64,000 bases of DNA, from positions 10,522-74,521 of the forward strand of contig DASXIR010000365.1 of assembly GCA_036497895.1 (NCBI GenBank), read 5' to 3'. Each line of letters starts with the position of its first letter. Position 1 is the first letter of the stretch. The notes beneath the pieces were generated by a model that worked only from the letters and a program-made list of their open reading frames with translations, did not search any database and had not been told where the DNA came from. Positions 35,260-45,452 of the stretch are shown piece by piece. The position numbers and the translations under genes are program-made. This stretch comes from Vicinamibacterales bacterium (GTDB lineage Bacteria > Acidobacteriota > Vicinamibacteria > Vicinamibacterales > CAVVIG01).

Positions 35260-36876
35260 TCAGGGCTGCGAAAGATCGGCGGTCGCGGCATAGGTCGGCG
35301 GCCGCCGGTGTTTGGTGGCCTGTTCGTACGCGTAGGCGAGCTTGATCAGCGTCGGCTCGCTCCACGCGCGGCCGAAGAACGAAATACCCACCGGCAGACC
35401 CCGCACGAAACCACCGGGCACGGTGATGTGGGGATAGCCCGCGACCGACGTCACTGTGGACGGTGAGGCGCCGCCACCGCTGTCGCCGTTGACCAGATCG
35501 ATGAGCGATGGCGGACCGCTGGTCGGCGCCATCAGCGCGTCAAGGCGGAACTTCGCGAGCACCGCATCAATGCCGAGGGTTCGCGACAGCTGATGGTTTT
35601 TCGCGAGTTCGGCCTTGTATTTCGCGCTCGTGAGCGGCCCCTTCTTCTCGGCCATGATCATCAGTTCCTGCGCGAAGTACGGCATCTCCTGTTCCTTGTG
35701 GGCGTCGTTGAACGCGATCACATCCGCCAGGGAGTGCACCGGCGATGCCGGTCCGAGCCAGGTCAGGTACTTCTTCAGATCGGCCTTGAATTCGTAGAGC
35801 AGGACATCGAACTCGCTGTCGTCGAACTTGCCCAGCGTCGGGATGTTCGCCGGGTCGACGATGATCGCGCCCTGCTTTTTCAAGTCCGCGATCGCCGCTT
35901 CCGCGATCCGATCGGCGGCCGGACTGTAGCCAAAGAGCCGGTTCCGCACGATCCCGATGCGCGCGCCTTTCAGCCCGTTGCTGTCGAGCGACTTCGTGTA
36001 GTCCCGCAGACCCTTCCGCGTACTGTCTTTGGTCGCCGCATCGTCGGGATCCGTGCCGCTCATGGCGCCGAGCAGGAGCGCAGCGTCGGTCACGGTCCGC
36101 GTCATTGGACCGGCGGTGTCCTGGCTGTGCGAGATCGGAACGATGCCGCTGCGGCTCAAGAGGCCCAGCGTCGGCTTGATGCCGACCAGCGAGTTATTGT
36201 TCGAGGGCGAGACCACCGAGCCGTCGGTCTCCGTTCCGACCGCGATTGCGGCCAGGCTCGCGGCGATTGCGGCGCCTGAACCCGAACTCGAACCCGACGG
36301 ATTGCGGTCGAGCGCGTACGGATCGTGGGTCTGGCCGCCGCGGCCGCTCCAGCCGCTCGTCGAATGGGTGGAACGGAAGTTCGCCCACTCGCTCAAGTTG
36401 GTCTTCCCCAGAATGACCGCGCCGGCCTGACGCAGACGCTGCACGATGAAAGCGTCTCTCGGCGGCGTGATGCCGGCCAGCGCCGTCGAACCGGCGGTCG
36501 TCATCATGCGATCCGAGGTCGCGATGTTGTCCTTGAGCAGGACCGGGATGCCATGCAGCGGTCCGCGTGGGCCGCGGCTCTTACGCTCGGCATCGAGGCT
36601 GTCGGCGATGGCGAGCGCCTCGGGGTTGAGCTCGATGACGCTGTGGAGTGACGGACCGCCGCGGTCGATGGCCTCGATGCGGGCGGTGTATTTCTCAACC
36701 AGTGACCGCGCCGTCTCCTGACCGGATTGCATGCGCTGCTGCAGGTCGGCAACGGTGGCTTCCTCGAGGTCGGAGGCGGGACGCGGCGATCCGCCTCGAG
36801 ACGATGATGGCGCCTGCGCCGATGGCCAACTGAGAAACAGGAACGAGACGAGCAGCACACGAATCGTGTTGGTCAT
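35260..36876 (-). CDS. Amidase (amidase-signature family), secreted
   Basis: 538 aa with a signal peptide and the AS motif GGSSSGSGAAIAASL, preceded by KDNIATSDRMMTTAGS. Confidence 0.9.
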   Translation of the reverse strand: MTNTIRVLLVSFLFLSWPSAQAPSSSRGGSPRPASDLEEATVADLQQRMQSGQETARSLVEKYTARIEAIDRGGPSLHSVIELNPEALAIADSLDAERKSRGPRGPLHGIPVLLKDNIATSDRMMTTAGSTALAGITPPRDAFIVQRLRQAGAVILGKTNLSEWANFRSTHSTSGWSGRGGQTHDPYALDRNPSGSSSGSGAAIAASLAAIAVGTETDGSVVSPSNNNSLVGIKPTLGLLSRSGIVPISHSQDTAGPMTRTVTDAALLLGAMSGTDPDDAATKDSTRKGLRDYTKSLDSNGLKGARIGIVRNRLFGYSPAADRIAEAAIADLKKQGAIIVDPANIPTLGKFDDSEFDVLLYEFKADLKKYLTWLGPASPVHSLADVIAFNDAHKEQEMPYFAQELMIMAEKKGPLTSAKYKAELAKNHQLSRTLGIDAVLAKFRLDALMAPTSGPPSLIDLVNGDSGGGASPSTVTSVAGYPHITVPGGFVRGLPVGISFFGRAWSEPTLIKLAYAYEQATKHRRPPTYAATADLSQP

Positions 36877-36909
36877 TCGGCATCCTCGCGCGGCGCACGC
36901 CTCGCGTGA

Positions 36910-37386
36910 CTACGCCTTCAGGCTCGCGGCGATGGATTGAGCGACGAAGCTCTCGATTTCGGGCGCCGGCCTCGCGCCGGTCGTCCGGGCGATCTCCTTG
37001 CCGCCGGCGAAAATCGCCAGGGTCGGGATCGATCGGATGTTGAAACGCTGCCCGAGGTCCGACAGTTCGTCGGTGTTCACCTTGACGACAACGACCTGTC
37101 CGGCCTGATGTGCCGCCACTTTCTGCAACTCGGGCGCAACCATGCGGCATGGACCGCACCAGGGCGCCCAGTAGTCGACCACAACCGGCAGCGACGAGCT
37201 GGCGACCAGCCGATCGAAATCCTCGGTCTTGTGCACCTCGATCGGCACGCCCGGTGCGGTCAGCGAGGCCTTGCACTCGCCGCAGCGCACGGCGTCGCCG
37301 AGCCGCTCGAACGCGAGTCGATTGCGTTTGCCGCACGATGCGCAGGTCACGACCACGCCGCGATCGTCCATGTCTATAGCTGCCAT
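36910..37386 (-). CDS. trxC: Thioredoxin 2-type thioredoxin with N-terminal zinc-finger
   Basis: It has CASCGKRNR..CGECK (two CxxC pairs) followed by DYWAPWCGPCRMVAP. Confidence 0.9.
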   Translation of the reverse strand: MAAIDMDDRGVVVTCASCGKRNRLAFERLGDAVRCGECKASLTAPGVPIEVHKTEDFDRLVASSSLPVVVDYWAPWCGPCRMVAPELQKVAAHQAGQVVVVKVNTDELSDLGQRFNIRSIPTLAIFAGGKEIARTTGARPAPEIESFVAQSIAASLKA

Positions 37387-37420
37387 GTCACCTCATTTCG
37401 CTCGGTCGCATCCGTCTTGA

Positions 37421-38479
37421 TCAGTTCCCGTGCGTCGGCCGTTTTTTCGGCTGCGCCGGGGCGGCGGTCCGGCTGACCGCGTCAGCGAGCAATGCGACAC
37501 TGATCGCATACGAGTGCGAGCAGTTGTAATCGAGCAGTGTGTTGTAGTTGTTGTAGACCAGAAAGTGTCGCGTCGTGCCCGACACCAGCGAGCCCTCGAG
37601 CCCGCTCTTCGGCAGAGGTTTGCCGCCCGGCAGACGAACCCCAAGAGCTTGCCAGCGGTCGGGCGGCATCGCGACAGTCATGTCCCGGGCCGCCCGGCAC
37701 GATCCGTCGCGCCGGGCGACGTTGCCGGCAATCCGGCGCGCGGCCTCCGGCGTCACCTTGACCTCGCGACCCCAGCTTTCGTCGGCCTTCCAGCCGTGGC
37801 CTTTCAGGTAGTTGGCGATCGACGCGAACACGTCGGCCGGCGTGGACCAGATGTCGCGGCGCCCGTCGCCATCGAAGTCCTCCGCGTATTGCAGGTAGCT
37901 CGACGGCATGAACTGGACCTGACCCATGGCGCCGGCCCAGGATCCGCGCATGCTGGAGAATTCGATGTCGCCGCGGTTCAATATTTCGAGCGCTTTGAAC
38001 AGCTCACCTCGAAAAAAGGTCGAGCGCCGTGGATCGTAGGCGAGCGTGGCGAGCGCCGCAACAGTCGGACGCACGCCGCTGAAGTGGCCGAAGTTCGACT
38101 CCATACCCCAGATGGCGACGATAATCTTCGGCGGGACACCGTAGCGCTCACTGACCTGATCGAGCAGCGCTTTGTGCTCGGCGAACTTATCGCGGCCGGT
38201 CGCGATGACCTTAGGCGTCAGCAGCCGCGCCACGTACTTCTCGAGCGACAGCACCGCCTCGGCCTGCGCGCGATCGCGCTCGATGACCACGGGCACCGGT
38301 TCGTCGATCTGACCGAGCGCCTCGTCCACGATTTCCTGGCGGATGCCCTGGGTCAGCGCTTCGGCGCGGATGCCGGCCAGAAATTCTGAGAACGATGGGC
38401 GGGGCTGAGTGGCGTCCGGCGCCGGCGCCTGCATCGCCGCCGAGACGGTCAGGAGTGCTGAAATCAGGACGACACGCAC
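37421..38479 (-). CDS. Lytic murein transglycosylase (MltB/Slt35-like)
   Basis: 352 aa with a signal peptide. It has the catalytic-Glu motif IWGMESNFG and ..GAMGQVQFMPSSY.. Confidence 0.8.
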   Translation of the reverse strand: MRVVLISALLTVSAAMQAPAPDATQPRPSFSEFLAGIRAEALTQGIRQEIVDEALGQIDEPVPVVIERDRAQAEAVLSLEKYVARLLTPKVIATGRDKFAEHKALLDQVSERYGVPPKIIVAIWGMESNFGHFSGVRPTVAALATLAYDPRRSTFFRGELFKALEILNRGDIEFSSMRGSWAGAMGQVQFMPSSYLQYAEDFDGDGRRDIWSTPADVFASIANYLKGHGWKADESWGREVKVTPEAARRIAGNVARRDGSCRAARDMTVAMPPDRWQALGVRLPGGKPLPKSGLEGSLVSGTTRHFLVYNNYNTLLDYNCSHSYAISVALLADAVSRTAAPAQPKKRPTHGN

Positions 38480-38650
38480 GTCAGCAGTGTACGACAGGCG
38501 GGACGAGACTCAGAGATTTCTTGGGACGCGGAGAACTCAAACCACTGAGACACCGAGTCACGGAGAGCTCTTTCTCTCCGGCGGAACAGAGCCGCAGCGG
38601 GCCGTGTCGCACGACGCCGTGCAGCGGGGTTTCTGCGAACTCCCCGGTAC

Positions 38651-40237
38651 TCAGTGTGCCGCAATCGGTGCACGGCTCTTGGGTCGCTTCATCAGCAGCA
38701 CCAGCGGGATGATCGCGATGAACAGGACTCCCAGCAGCTGGAAGATGCTGACGAATGACACCATCGTTGCCTGGCGCTGCACCATCCCGAACACCGCGGC
38801 GTAGGCGCGCTCGGTCGCGGTCGTGATGTCGGCGCCGGCAGCCATGAAGCCGGCCTTCAGCTGGTACAGGATTGACTGCGACGAGGGATCGAAGGCCGTC
38901 ACGTTCGATCCCAGCATCGAGGTCGTCTTCTGGTTGTTGCGGGCCAGCATCGTGCCGGTCATGGCGATGCCGACGCTGCCGCCGATATTGCGCATCAGAT
39001 TGAACAGGCTGGTGGCGTTGCCCATCTTCTCGCGCGGAATCGAGTCCATCGACACCGTGGTGAGCGGCACGAACAGCAGCGACATGCCGACGCCCTGCAA
39101 AAGCTGCGGCCAGAAGATGTCCCAGTAGCCCGCCTGCAGGTTCAGCCACGACAGCCACAGCAGCGTGAAACCGCCGACGAACAGGCCGGCTGCCAGCAGC
39201 TTGCGGGCGTCGAACCGGCCGGTCATCAAGCCGGTGATCGGCATCATGAAGAACGATCCGATGCCGCGCGGCGCCATCGCGATGCCGGCCTGCAGTGGCG
39301 GATAGCCGAGCAGCGTCTGCAACATCACCGGCAGCAGGACCATGCTGCCGTAGAGCACGAACCCGACCACCGACATCAGGAACACGCCGACGGCGTAGCT
39401 GCGTTCCTTGAAGACGCGCAAATCGACGACCGGGTCGTCGGTGGTCAGCAGATGGATGACCAGGCTGACCAGCGTCACCGTAGCGATGATCGACAGCGTC
39501 AGGATGACCGGCGACGAGAACCAGTCGTCTTCCTGGCCCTTATCGAGCACGAACTGCAGCGCGCCGATGCCGACCGCCAGCATGCCGATACCCCAGTAGT
39601 CGATCTTGCGCGATTCGGCGCGCAGGTACGGCGGGTCGAAGATGTAGAGCTTGGTCATCACGATCGACGCGATGCCCACGGGAATGTTGATGTAGAACAC
39701 CCAGCGCCAGCTGTAGCTGTCGGTCAGCCATCCGCCGAGCACCGGTCCTAGAATCGGCGCGACCACGATGCCGAGGGCCCAGAAGGCCATGGCCTTGCCG
39801 CGATCCTGCGGCGGGAACGCCTCGAGCAGCACCGCCTGCGACAACGGCTGCAATGCGCCGCCGGTGGCGCCCTGCAGGATGCGGAAGAAGATCAGCGAGC
39901 CGAGGGTAGGCGCGAGCCCACACAGGAACGATGCGGCGGTGAAGCCGACCACCGACAGCATCAGGAGGTTCTTGCGGCCGAACACGCTGGCGAGCCAGCC
40001 GGTCATCGGCAGGATGATCGCGTTGGCGACCAGATACGACGTCAGCGCCCACGTCGCTTCGTCGATGGTGGACGACAGGCTTCCAGCGATGTGCGGCAGG
40101 GACACGTTGACCACGGTCGTGTCGAGCACTTCCATGAACGTGGCGAACATCACCGCGACCGCAATCAGCCACGGGTTGATGTGTTTTTCTTCGGTCATGC
40201 CTTGCCTCGCTTCCGCCTCGGCTGTCCCCGTGCTCAC
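38651..40237 (-). CDS. MFS drug efflux permease, DHA2 (EmrB/QacA, 14-TM) family
   Basis: 528 aa. It has the N-terminus FMEVLDTTVVNVSLPHIAGSL, the motif GWLASVFGRKNLL, and many TM segments. It is the last gene of the TolC-HlyD-MFS operon. Confidence 0.9.
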   Translation of the reverse strand: MSTGTAEAEARQGMTEEKHINPWLIAVAVMFATFMEVLDTTVVNVSLPHIAGSLSSTIDEATWALTSYLVANAIILPMTGWLASVFGRKNLLMLSVVGFTAASFLCGLAPTLGSLIFFRILQGATGGALQPLSQAVLLEAFPPQDRGKAMAFWALGIVVAPILGPVLGGWLTDSYSWRWVFYINIPVGIASIVMTKLYIFDPPYLRAESRKIDYWGIGMLAVGIGALQFVLDKGQEDDWFSSPVILTLSIIATVTLVSLVIHLLTTDDPVVDLRVFKERSYAVGVFLMSVVGFVLYGSMVLLPVMLQTLLGYPPLQAGIAMAPRGIGSFFMMPITGLMTGRFDARKLLAAGLFVGGFTLLWLSWLNLQAGYWDIFWPQLLQGVGMSLLFVPLTTVSMDSIPREKMGNATSLFNLMRNIGGSVGIAMTGTMLARNNQKTTSMLGSNVTAFDPSSQSILYQLKAGFMAAGADITTATERAYAAVFGMVQRQATMVSFVSIFQLLGVLFIAIIPLVLLMKRPKSRAPIAAH

Positions 40238-40292
40238 GCCAGCCCGAAAGAAGAGAGCGACGGGCTTTCAGTAGCGCGGACCCTTCGAGTAG

Positions 40293-40313
40293 CGCGGGGC
40301 TTTCAGCCCCGCG
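40293..40313. other. Intercistronic GC hairpin between the HlyD-like and MFS genes
   Basis: It has an 8-bp perfect stem (CGCGGGGC / GCCCCGCG) and a 5-nt loop. It is flanked by the short repeats GGGCTTTCAG (x2) and TAGCGCGG (x2). Confidence 0.6.
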
Positions 40314-40320
40314 TATCCGT

Positions 40321-41559
40321 TCAGCGCGTATGAATCGTCGGCGTCGTCGACATGCCTGGACGGAGCAGGTGCTCGGGGTCCTGGCCCGGATCGAACACGA
40401 TCTTGACCGGCACGCGTTGGACCACCTTCACGTAGTTGCCGGTGGCATTCTCGGGTGGCAGCAGGCTGAAGCGCGCGCCGGTCGCGCCGGAGATGCTATC
40501 CACCTTGCCGGTAAATTCCTTGCCGAGTGCATCGATGTCGATGGTCGCTTTCTGGCCCGCGCGGATGTCGCGCAACTGCGTTTCCTTATAGTTCGCAGTC
40601 ACCCAGACATCGTCGAGTTCCACGATCGCGAGCAGCGGTTGTCCGGCCTGAACGACCTGACCAGGGTTGATCCCCTTCTTGCTCACGAGGCCCCGGGCCG
40701 GGGCCTTGACGGTGGTGTATTGCAAGTTGAGCTCCGCTTGCGCGAGCGTCGCCTTGGCTTGCTGGACGTGCGCCTCTGCTGACGCTGCTCTCGCCTTGCT
40801 GGCGGCAAGTTGAGACGGTCCCGTTTGTGCGGTCGCCAGCTCAGCGTGGGCCTGTTCTTCGCCGGCCTTGGCTTGAACCAGCTTGCTTTCGGCGACGCGG
40901 ATACCGGCCTCCGATTCCGTCACCTGCGACCGCGCGGAGTCCACCGCCGCTTTCTGCGCCTCGGCAGCGGCGACCGCACCGTCGAACTGCGATTGTGACA
41001 CTTCATCCTTGGCGAGCAGACCGCGCAACCGTTCGACGTCGCGCGCCGACTTTGTCGCGTTCGCTTCAGCTTCGCGCAGACGCGCCTGCGAGGTGGTGAG
41101 GCGGGCGCGCGCCGCCTCGACTTCCTTCTCGGCTGCGGCGACGCCGCCCGCCGCCTGCACGATGCCGCCACGCGCCGTGGTCACGTTGCTGGCGGTGGTG
41201 GTGCTCGTGATCGGCACGTTGCTCTGCATCGCGATCGCGACCGCCTCGGCGTCCGCCAGTTCGGCGCGCGCCTTCTCGACCGCGACCTTGTAGTCGCTGG
41301 GGTCGAGTTCCACCAGCACCGCGCCGGCTTCGACCATCTGGTTGTCGTTGACGTTGACCTTGGTCAGCGTGCCGCCGACGCGTGCCGCGATCTGCGTCAG
41401 ATGGGAGTCCACCTGCGCATCGTCGGTGGATACCTCTCCGGCCGTTCGCCACAGCCAGAAACCGATGCCGGCCGCCGCCAGCACCACGACGGCGAGTGCG
41501 ATGCGGACGCGGGGATTCTGCGCCCAGGACGTGTTTTGAGCCGTTGCGTCTTCCGCCAT
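40321..41559 (-). CDS. HlyD/EmrA-family membrane fusion (periplasmic adaptor) protein
   Basis: 412 aa with a single N-terminal TM and a long alanine-rich coiled coil. It has the lipoyl/beta-barrel motifs VKAPARGLVSKKGINPGQVV and NYVKVVQRVPVKI. Confidence 0.85.
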   Translation of the reverse strand: MAEDATAQNTSWAQNPRVRIALAVVVLAAAGIGFWLWRTAGEVSTDDAQVDSHLTQIAARVGGTLTKVNVNDNQMVEAGAVLVELDPSDYKVAVEKARAELADAEAVAIAMQSNVPITSTTTASNVTTARGGIVQAAGGVAAAEKEVEAARARLTTSQARLREAEANATKSARDVERLRGLLAKDEVSQSQFDGAVAAAEAQKAAVDSARSQVTESEAGIRVAESKLVQAKAGEEQAHAELATAQTGPSQLAASKARAASAEAHVQQAKATLAQAELNLQYTTVKAPARGLVSKKGINPGQVVQAGQPLLAIVELDDVWVTANYKETQLRDIRAGQKATIDIDALGKEFTGKVDSISGATGARFSLLPPENATGNYVKVVQRVPVKIVFDPGQDPEHLLRPGMSTTPTIHTR

Positions 41560-42951
41560 TTAGCGCGTGCCTCCGAGATATTTTCGCGTCGCTTCTTCCG
41601 CATCGCCGAGCCCGCGGGCGAGCGCCGCCTTGCTGACGTTGTATGTGTAGAGAGCCAGAATGTACTGATCGTTGGCGAGCGCCAGCGCCTCTTGCGCCTG
41701 GATGATCTCGATGTTGTTGGTGACGCCGGCGGAAAAACGATCCCGCGCCTGCGCCAGGGTCGTCGCCGCCAGGTCTTTGCCGTGGGTCGCAACCTCGAGC
41801 TGCTCACCGTTGGCCTGCAAGTCGAAAAAGGCCGTGCGGATGTCGTAGTAGATACCGGACTTCATGTCCTCGACTTCGGAGCGCCGGTTGCGCAGCTCGG
41901 CGTCGGCCTGGACAGCTCGACCCTTGGTTTTGCCGGCGTTGAAGATCGGAATCGAGACCAGGCCAGTCAACGCATAGGTGTAGTGCGAATCGGGAATCGT
42001 CAACCCGAGGTCGCCGTAGTCGGCATTGACGTGCACCGACGGCAGCAGTTCGCCCGAGATCGCCGCGCGCGCCGACTCGGCGGCGTGGAGCCGTTCGAGC
42101 GCCGCCTGATAGTCCGGCCGAGCCTTGTAGGCGCGGTCGAGAGCCTCTTCGAGCGGAATGTCCGGAATCGGCGCATCCGGCAGCTCGTCCACGAGCGTGA
42201 AGTTCTGGCCGACCGGCAAGCCAATCAAGCGCGCCAGCCCCAGCTTCGTTTTCTCGAATTCATTCTGCGCCGCGGTGGCGCGCTGCTTCTGCGTGCTCAG
42301 TTGGACGTCGGCACGCAGCACGTCGATACCGGCGACCAGGCCGGCAGCCTTCAGGTCAGTCGCCTGAGTGAGCAGCGCCTGGGCGGTTTCCACCTGTGTG
42401 CGCGCAGACACTGCGCGCGCATCCGCAGCCATCGTGCGCAGGTAGGCGTCCGCAGCCACCAGCACGACCAGTTCCCGCGCGCTCTTGTATGAGTACTTCG
42501 CGGCTTCCAGGTTGTGGCGCGCCGCTTTCAGGTCGTTACTGGCGTGCAGGTCGAGAATCGGCATCGAGACGCCGACGCGCGCGTCGAAGACGTTGAACGG
42601 TCCGACGATCGACGGAATGCCCTCGGGCAGCGGGAAGCCAAAGGCCGCCAGGTTGAGCACCTGTCGCGTCTCGGAGACGTGGCCGTTGATGTCGGGCATC
42701 AGGCCGGCCTTCGCCAGCAGTCTTGCGCCATCGGCCTGGCTGATGCTCTCGGTGGCCGTCAGCACACCGAGGTTGTGCTCGAGCGCCCGGTTGATCGCGT
42801 CGAGGGCGGTCAGCTTGATCGACTCGGTCGTCAGGGTGCCGGAGGGCACACCTCGCTGGAACGGGCTGAGGGTCTGACTCTGCGCCTGCGTCGCGGGCGC
42901 CAGCACGGCGGCCGTGAACGCAGCCACCAGCATCAACGGAACGGCTCTCAC
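41560..42951 (-). CDS. TolC-family outer membrane efflux protein
   Basis: Track ORF trimmed to the GTG at 42951 (VRAVPLMLVAAFTAAVLAPATQAQ), which has AAGGGAG 4 nt upstream. It has two TolC-like repeats with alpha-helical heptads. Its stop abuts the HlyD start. Confidence 0.85.
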   Translation of the reverse strand: MRAVPLMLVAAFTAAVLAPATQAQSQTLSPFQRGVPSGTLTTESIKLTALDAINRALEHNLGVLTATESISQADGARLLAKAGLMPDINGHVSETRQVLNLAAFGFPLPEGIPSIVGPFNVFDARVGVSMPILDLHASNDLKAARHNLEAAKYSYKSARELVVLVAADAYLRTMAADARAVSARTQVETAQALLTQATDLKAAGLVAGIDVLRADVQLSTQKQRATAAQNEFEKTKLGLARLIGLPVGQNFTLVDELPDAPIPDIPLEEALDRAYKARPDYQAALERLHAAESARAAISGELLPSVHVNADYGDLGLTIPDSHYTYALTGLVSIPIFNAGKTKGRAVQADAELRNRRSEVEDMKSGIYYDIRTAFFDLQANGEQLEVATHGKDLAATTLAQARDRFSAGVTNNIEIIQAQEALALANDQYILALYTYNVSKAALARGLGDAEEATRKYLGGTR

Positions 42952-43129
42952 GGAACTCCCTTTCCTATCCGCGCGATGAGCTCGTCGAATTGCGCGGCGG
43001 CGGGCCGTCGAAGAGCGAACAGCGGACAGCGTGACCGAAACGCGATCACGGAAACCTCTAGGGTACAACAGATCGTGCAGATGTGAAGCAGTTTGTCCTC
43101 GTCCCAATATCGTCACAACTTGGAGGCGA

Positions 43130-45409
43130 ATGGATGCGTCTAAGGCTGAGATGAAATTGGGGCGTCTCCATGTGTATGTACTGATCGCGTCGCACATGGC
43201 GTTCCTGCCTGATCCTTTAGCGGCCCAGTCGGCGCTGTCGGGCCCTCGACTCACGATCACTCGCGCGACCGGACCAATTACGGTGGACGGCGATCTGTCC
43301 GACGAAGGTTGGAAGGGCGCGACGCGCATCGACAAGTGGTACGAGACCCAACCCGGCGATAACACCGAACCTCGGGTGAAGAACGTCGGCTACCTCACCT
43401 TTGACGACAAGTTCCTCTACGCCGCGTTCGAATTCGAAGATCCCGATCCGTCCGCCATGCGGGCGCCGTTTGCCGATCGCGACAACATCGGCAACGGTTT
43501 CGACGATTACGGCGGCATCCTCCTGGACCCGCGCAATACCGGCCGCACCGCTGCCTTCTTCGTCGTCACGCCGCGCAACATCCAGTACGACTCGGTGACC
43601 GACGATGCGTCGGGGGAGGATTCGTCGCCGGACTTCTTCTGGGAATCGAAGACGAAGATCGGCGAGCACGGCTGGACCATGGAGATGCGCATTCCGTTCT
43701 CATCGCTGCGCTATCGCAACGTCGATCCGCAGACGTGGGCCATCATGCTGTACCGCAATTTTCCGCGCGATCGCCACTATCAGTTCTTCAGCGCGCCGAT
43801 TCCGCGTGGCAGCAGCTGTTTTGTCTGCCGGATGAATACGCTGACAGGGATCGATCACCTCCCGGCCGGCGGCCACATCGTCGCCGCGCCGTATTTCAGC
43901 GCCGCGTCGAGCGCGCATCCGCAGGACGATCTCGGCTCGCCGCTGGTCGATGACGGCGTCGAGCCGCATGTCGGCATCGACGTGAAGTACACGCCCAACG
44001 CCGACAACGCCATCGACCTCACGGTGAAGCCCGATTTCTCGCAGGTCGAATCGGACACGGCGCAGATTGCCACGAATCAGCGGTTCGCGCTGTTCTATCC
44101 GGAGAAGCGTCCATTTTTTCTCGAGGGCAGCGATCTGTTTCAGACGCCGATTCAAGCCGTCTACACACGAACGATCACGGATCCGGTGTGGGGTGGTCGC
44201 ATCACCGGCAAGGAAGCCGGCATCCGTTACACCGCGTTGGTCGCGGACGATGCCGGCGGTGGCAGCGTGATTCTGCCGGGACCCAACGGTTCGTCGATCG
44301 CCGATCAGTCGGCGGGGTCAACCGTGTTCGTCGGCCGGCTGAAGCGCGAGATCGGTCTGTCATTCGTCGGCGCGCTGGTCACCGATCGCGAAACGAAAGA
44401 GGGTGGTGGCCACAACCGCGTCGCCGGCCCGGACTTCCAATGGCGCGCTTCCGCGTCCGACGCGTTCACTGGACAGTTGCTGTTCAGCGCGTCTCGGACT
44501 CCGAACCGCCCGGATCTCGCGGACCAGTGGACCGGTCAGGAGCTCAGTGGTCACGCCGCCAACCTGCAGTGGAGCCACAACACCACGCACTACGATGCCT
44601 ACGCCGCATACAACGATTTCGGCAACGGCTTCCGCGCGGATACCGGTTTCGTGCCGCAGGTCGGTTATCGGGAGACCGTTGCGAGCACGGGCTGGACGTT
44701 CCGCCCGACCAATTTCTTTTCGCGCGTCCGCACGTTCATGTTCTACGACCACCAGGCCGATCGGGCCGGCGAGCTGATCTCCCGCGAGTACGCGCCCGGC
44801 GTCGGCATGGACACGAAATGGAACGGCTTCCTGCAGTTTCGCTATCTTGGCGACCGGGTGCGGGCGCAAGGCATTCCGATCGACCGCAACCAACTCGCCG
44901 TCGCGGCGCAGTTCAGTCCGTCACGGCGCATTTCGCTGCTCAGTGTGGATAGCCGATTCGGCCAGGAGATCGACTTCGTGAACGGCCGTCCCGGCACCGG
45001 CACGACGATCAATCTGTCGGCAACGGTCGATCCGACGATTCACCTCGACCTGGCGCTGATTCAGAATCAGCAGTGGGTGAACGTGGACAACCCGGTAGAC
45101 GTGCGCCAGCGGCTGTTTCTCGCCCGCGTCTCGCGCGTGAAGGCCACCTACACGTTCACCGCGCGGCTGTTTCTCCGCGGAATCGCGCAGTATGTAACAA
45201 CCACGAGCGACCCGACGCTGTACATCAGCAGTCCACCGCCGCCGCGCAGCGGCGATTTCAGCGGGCAGGTGCTGCTCGCCTACAAACTGAATTGGCAGTC
45301 GGTGATGTTCGTCGGGTACGGGGACGATCGCGAACTGACGAACCTGAATCAGCTGGCGCCGCTCGACCGGCAGTTCTTCGTCAAGATCTCGTACGCATTC
45401 CAGCGCTAG
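43130..45409 (+). CDS. Large secreted/outer-membrane protein with CBM9/DOMON-like N-terminal domain (DUF5916-like, name from memory)
   Basis: It has ITVDGDLSDEGWKGATRIDKWYETQPGDN..FLYAAFEFEDPDP, a long beta-rich C-terminal part, and ends ..FFVKISYAFQR. The start is chosen at Met34, and the SD spacing is short. Confidence 0.65.
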   Translation: MDASKAEMKLGRLHVYVLIASHMAFLPDPLAAQSALSGPRLTITRATGPITVDGDLSDEGWKGATRIDKWYETQPGDNTEPRVKNVGYLTFDDKFLYAAFEFEDPDPSAMRAPFADRDNIGNGFDDYGGILLDPRNTGRTAAFFVVTPRNIQYDSVTDDASGEDSSPDFFWESKTKIGEHGWTMEMRIPFSSLRYRNVDPQTWAIMLYRNFPRDRHYQFFSAPIPRGSSCFVCRMNTLTGIDHLPAGGHIVAAPYFSAASSAHPQDDLGSPLVDDGVEPHVGIDVKYTPNADNAIDLTVKPDFSQVESDTAQIATNQRFALFYPEKRPFFLEGSDLFQTPIQAVYTRTITDPVWGGRITGKEAGIRYTALVADDAGGGSVILPGPNGSSIADQSAGSTVFVGRLKREIGLSFVGALVTDRETKEGGGHNRVAGPDFQWRASASDAFTGQLLFSASRTPNRPDLADQWTGQELSGHAANLQWSHNTTHYDAYAAYNDFGNGFRADTGFVPQVGYRETVASTGWTFRPTNFFSRVRTFMFYDHQADRAGELISREYAPGVGMDTKWNGFLQFRYLGDRVRAQGIPIDRNQLAVAAQFSPSRRISLLSVDSRFGQEIDFVNGRPGTGTTINLSATVDPTIHLDLALIQNQQWVNVDNPVDVRQRLFLARVSRVKATYTFTARLFLRGIAQYVTTTSDPTLYISSPPPPRSGDFSGQVLLAYKLNWQSVMFVGYGDDRELTNLNQLAPLDRQFFVKISYAFQR

Positions 45410-45412
45410 TCA

Positions 45413-45445
45413 TTGACAGGAATTTGTACATAATGTACAAATCCC
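45413..45445 (+). promoter_or_regulatory. Candidate promoter TTGACA-N17-TACAAA overlapped by a palindromic operator ATTTGTACA-TAA-TGTACAAAT
   Basis: TTGACA lies at 45413-45418 and TACAAA at 45436-45441. The 9-nt perfect inverted arms lie at 45422-45430 and 45434-45442. This is an AT-rich island in GC-rich DNA. The ATG at 45453 has no SD. Confidence 0.5.
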
Positions 45446-45452
45446 TGTATCA

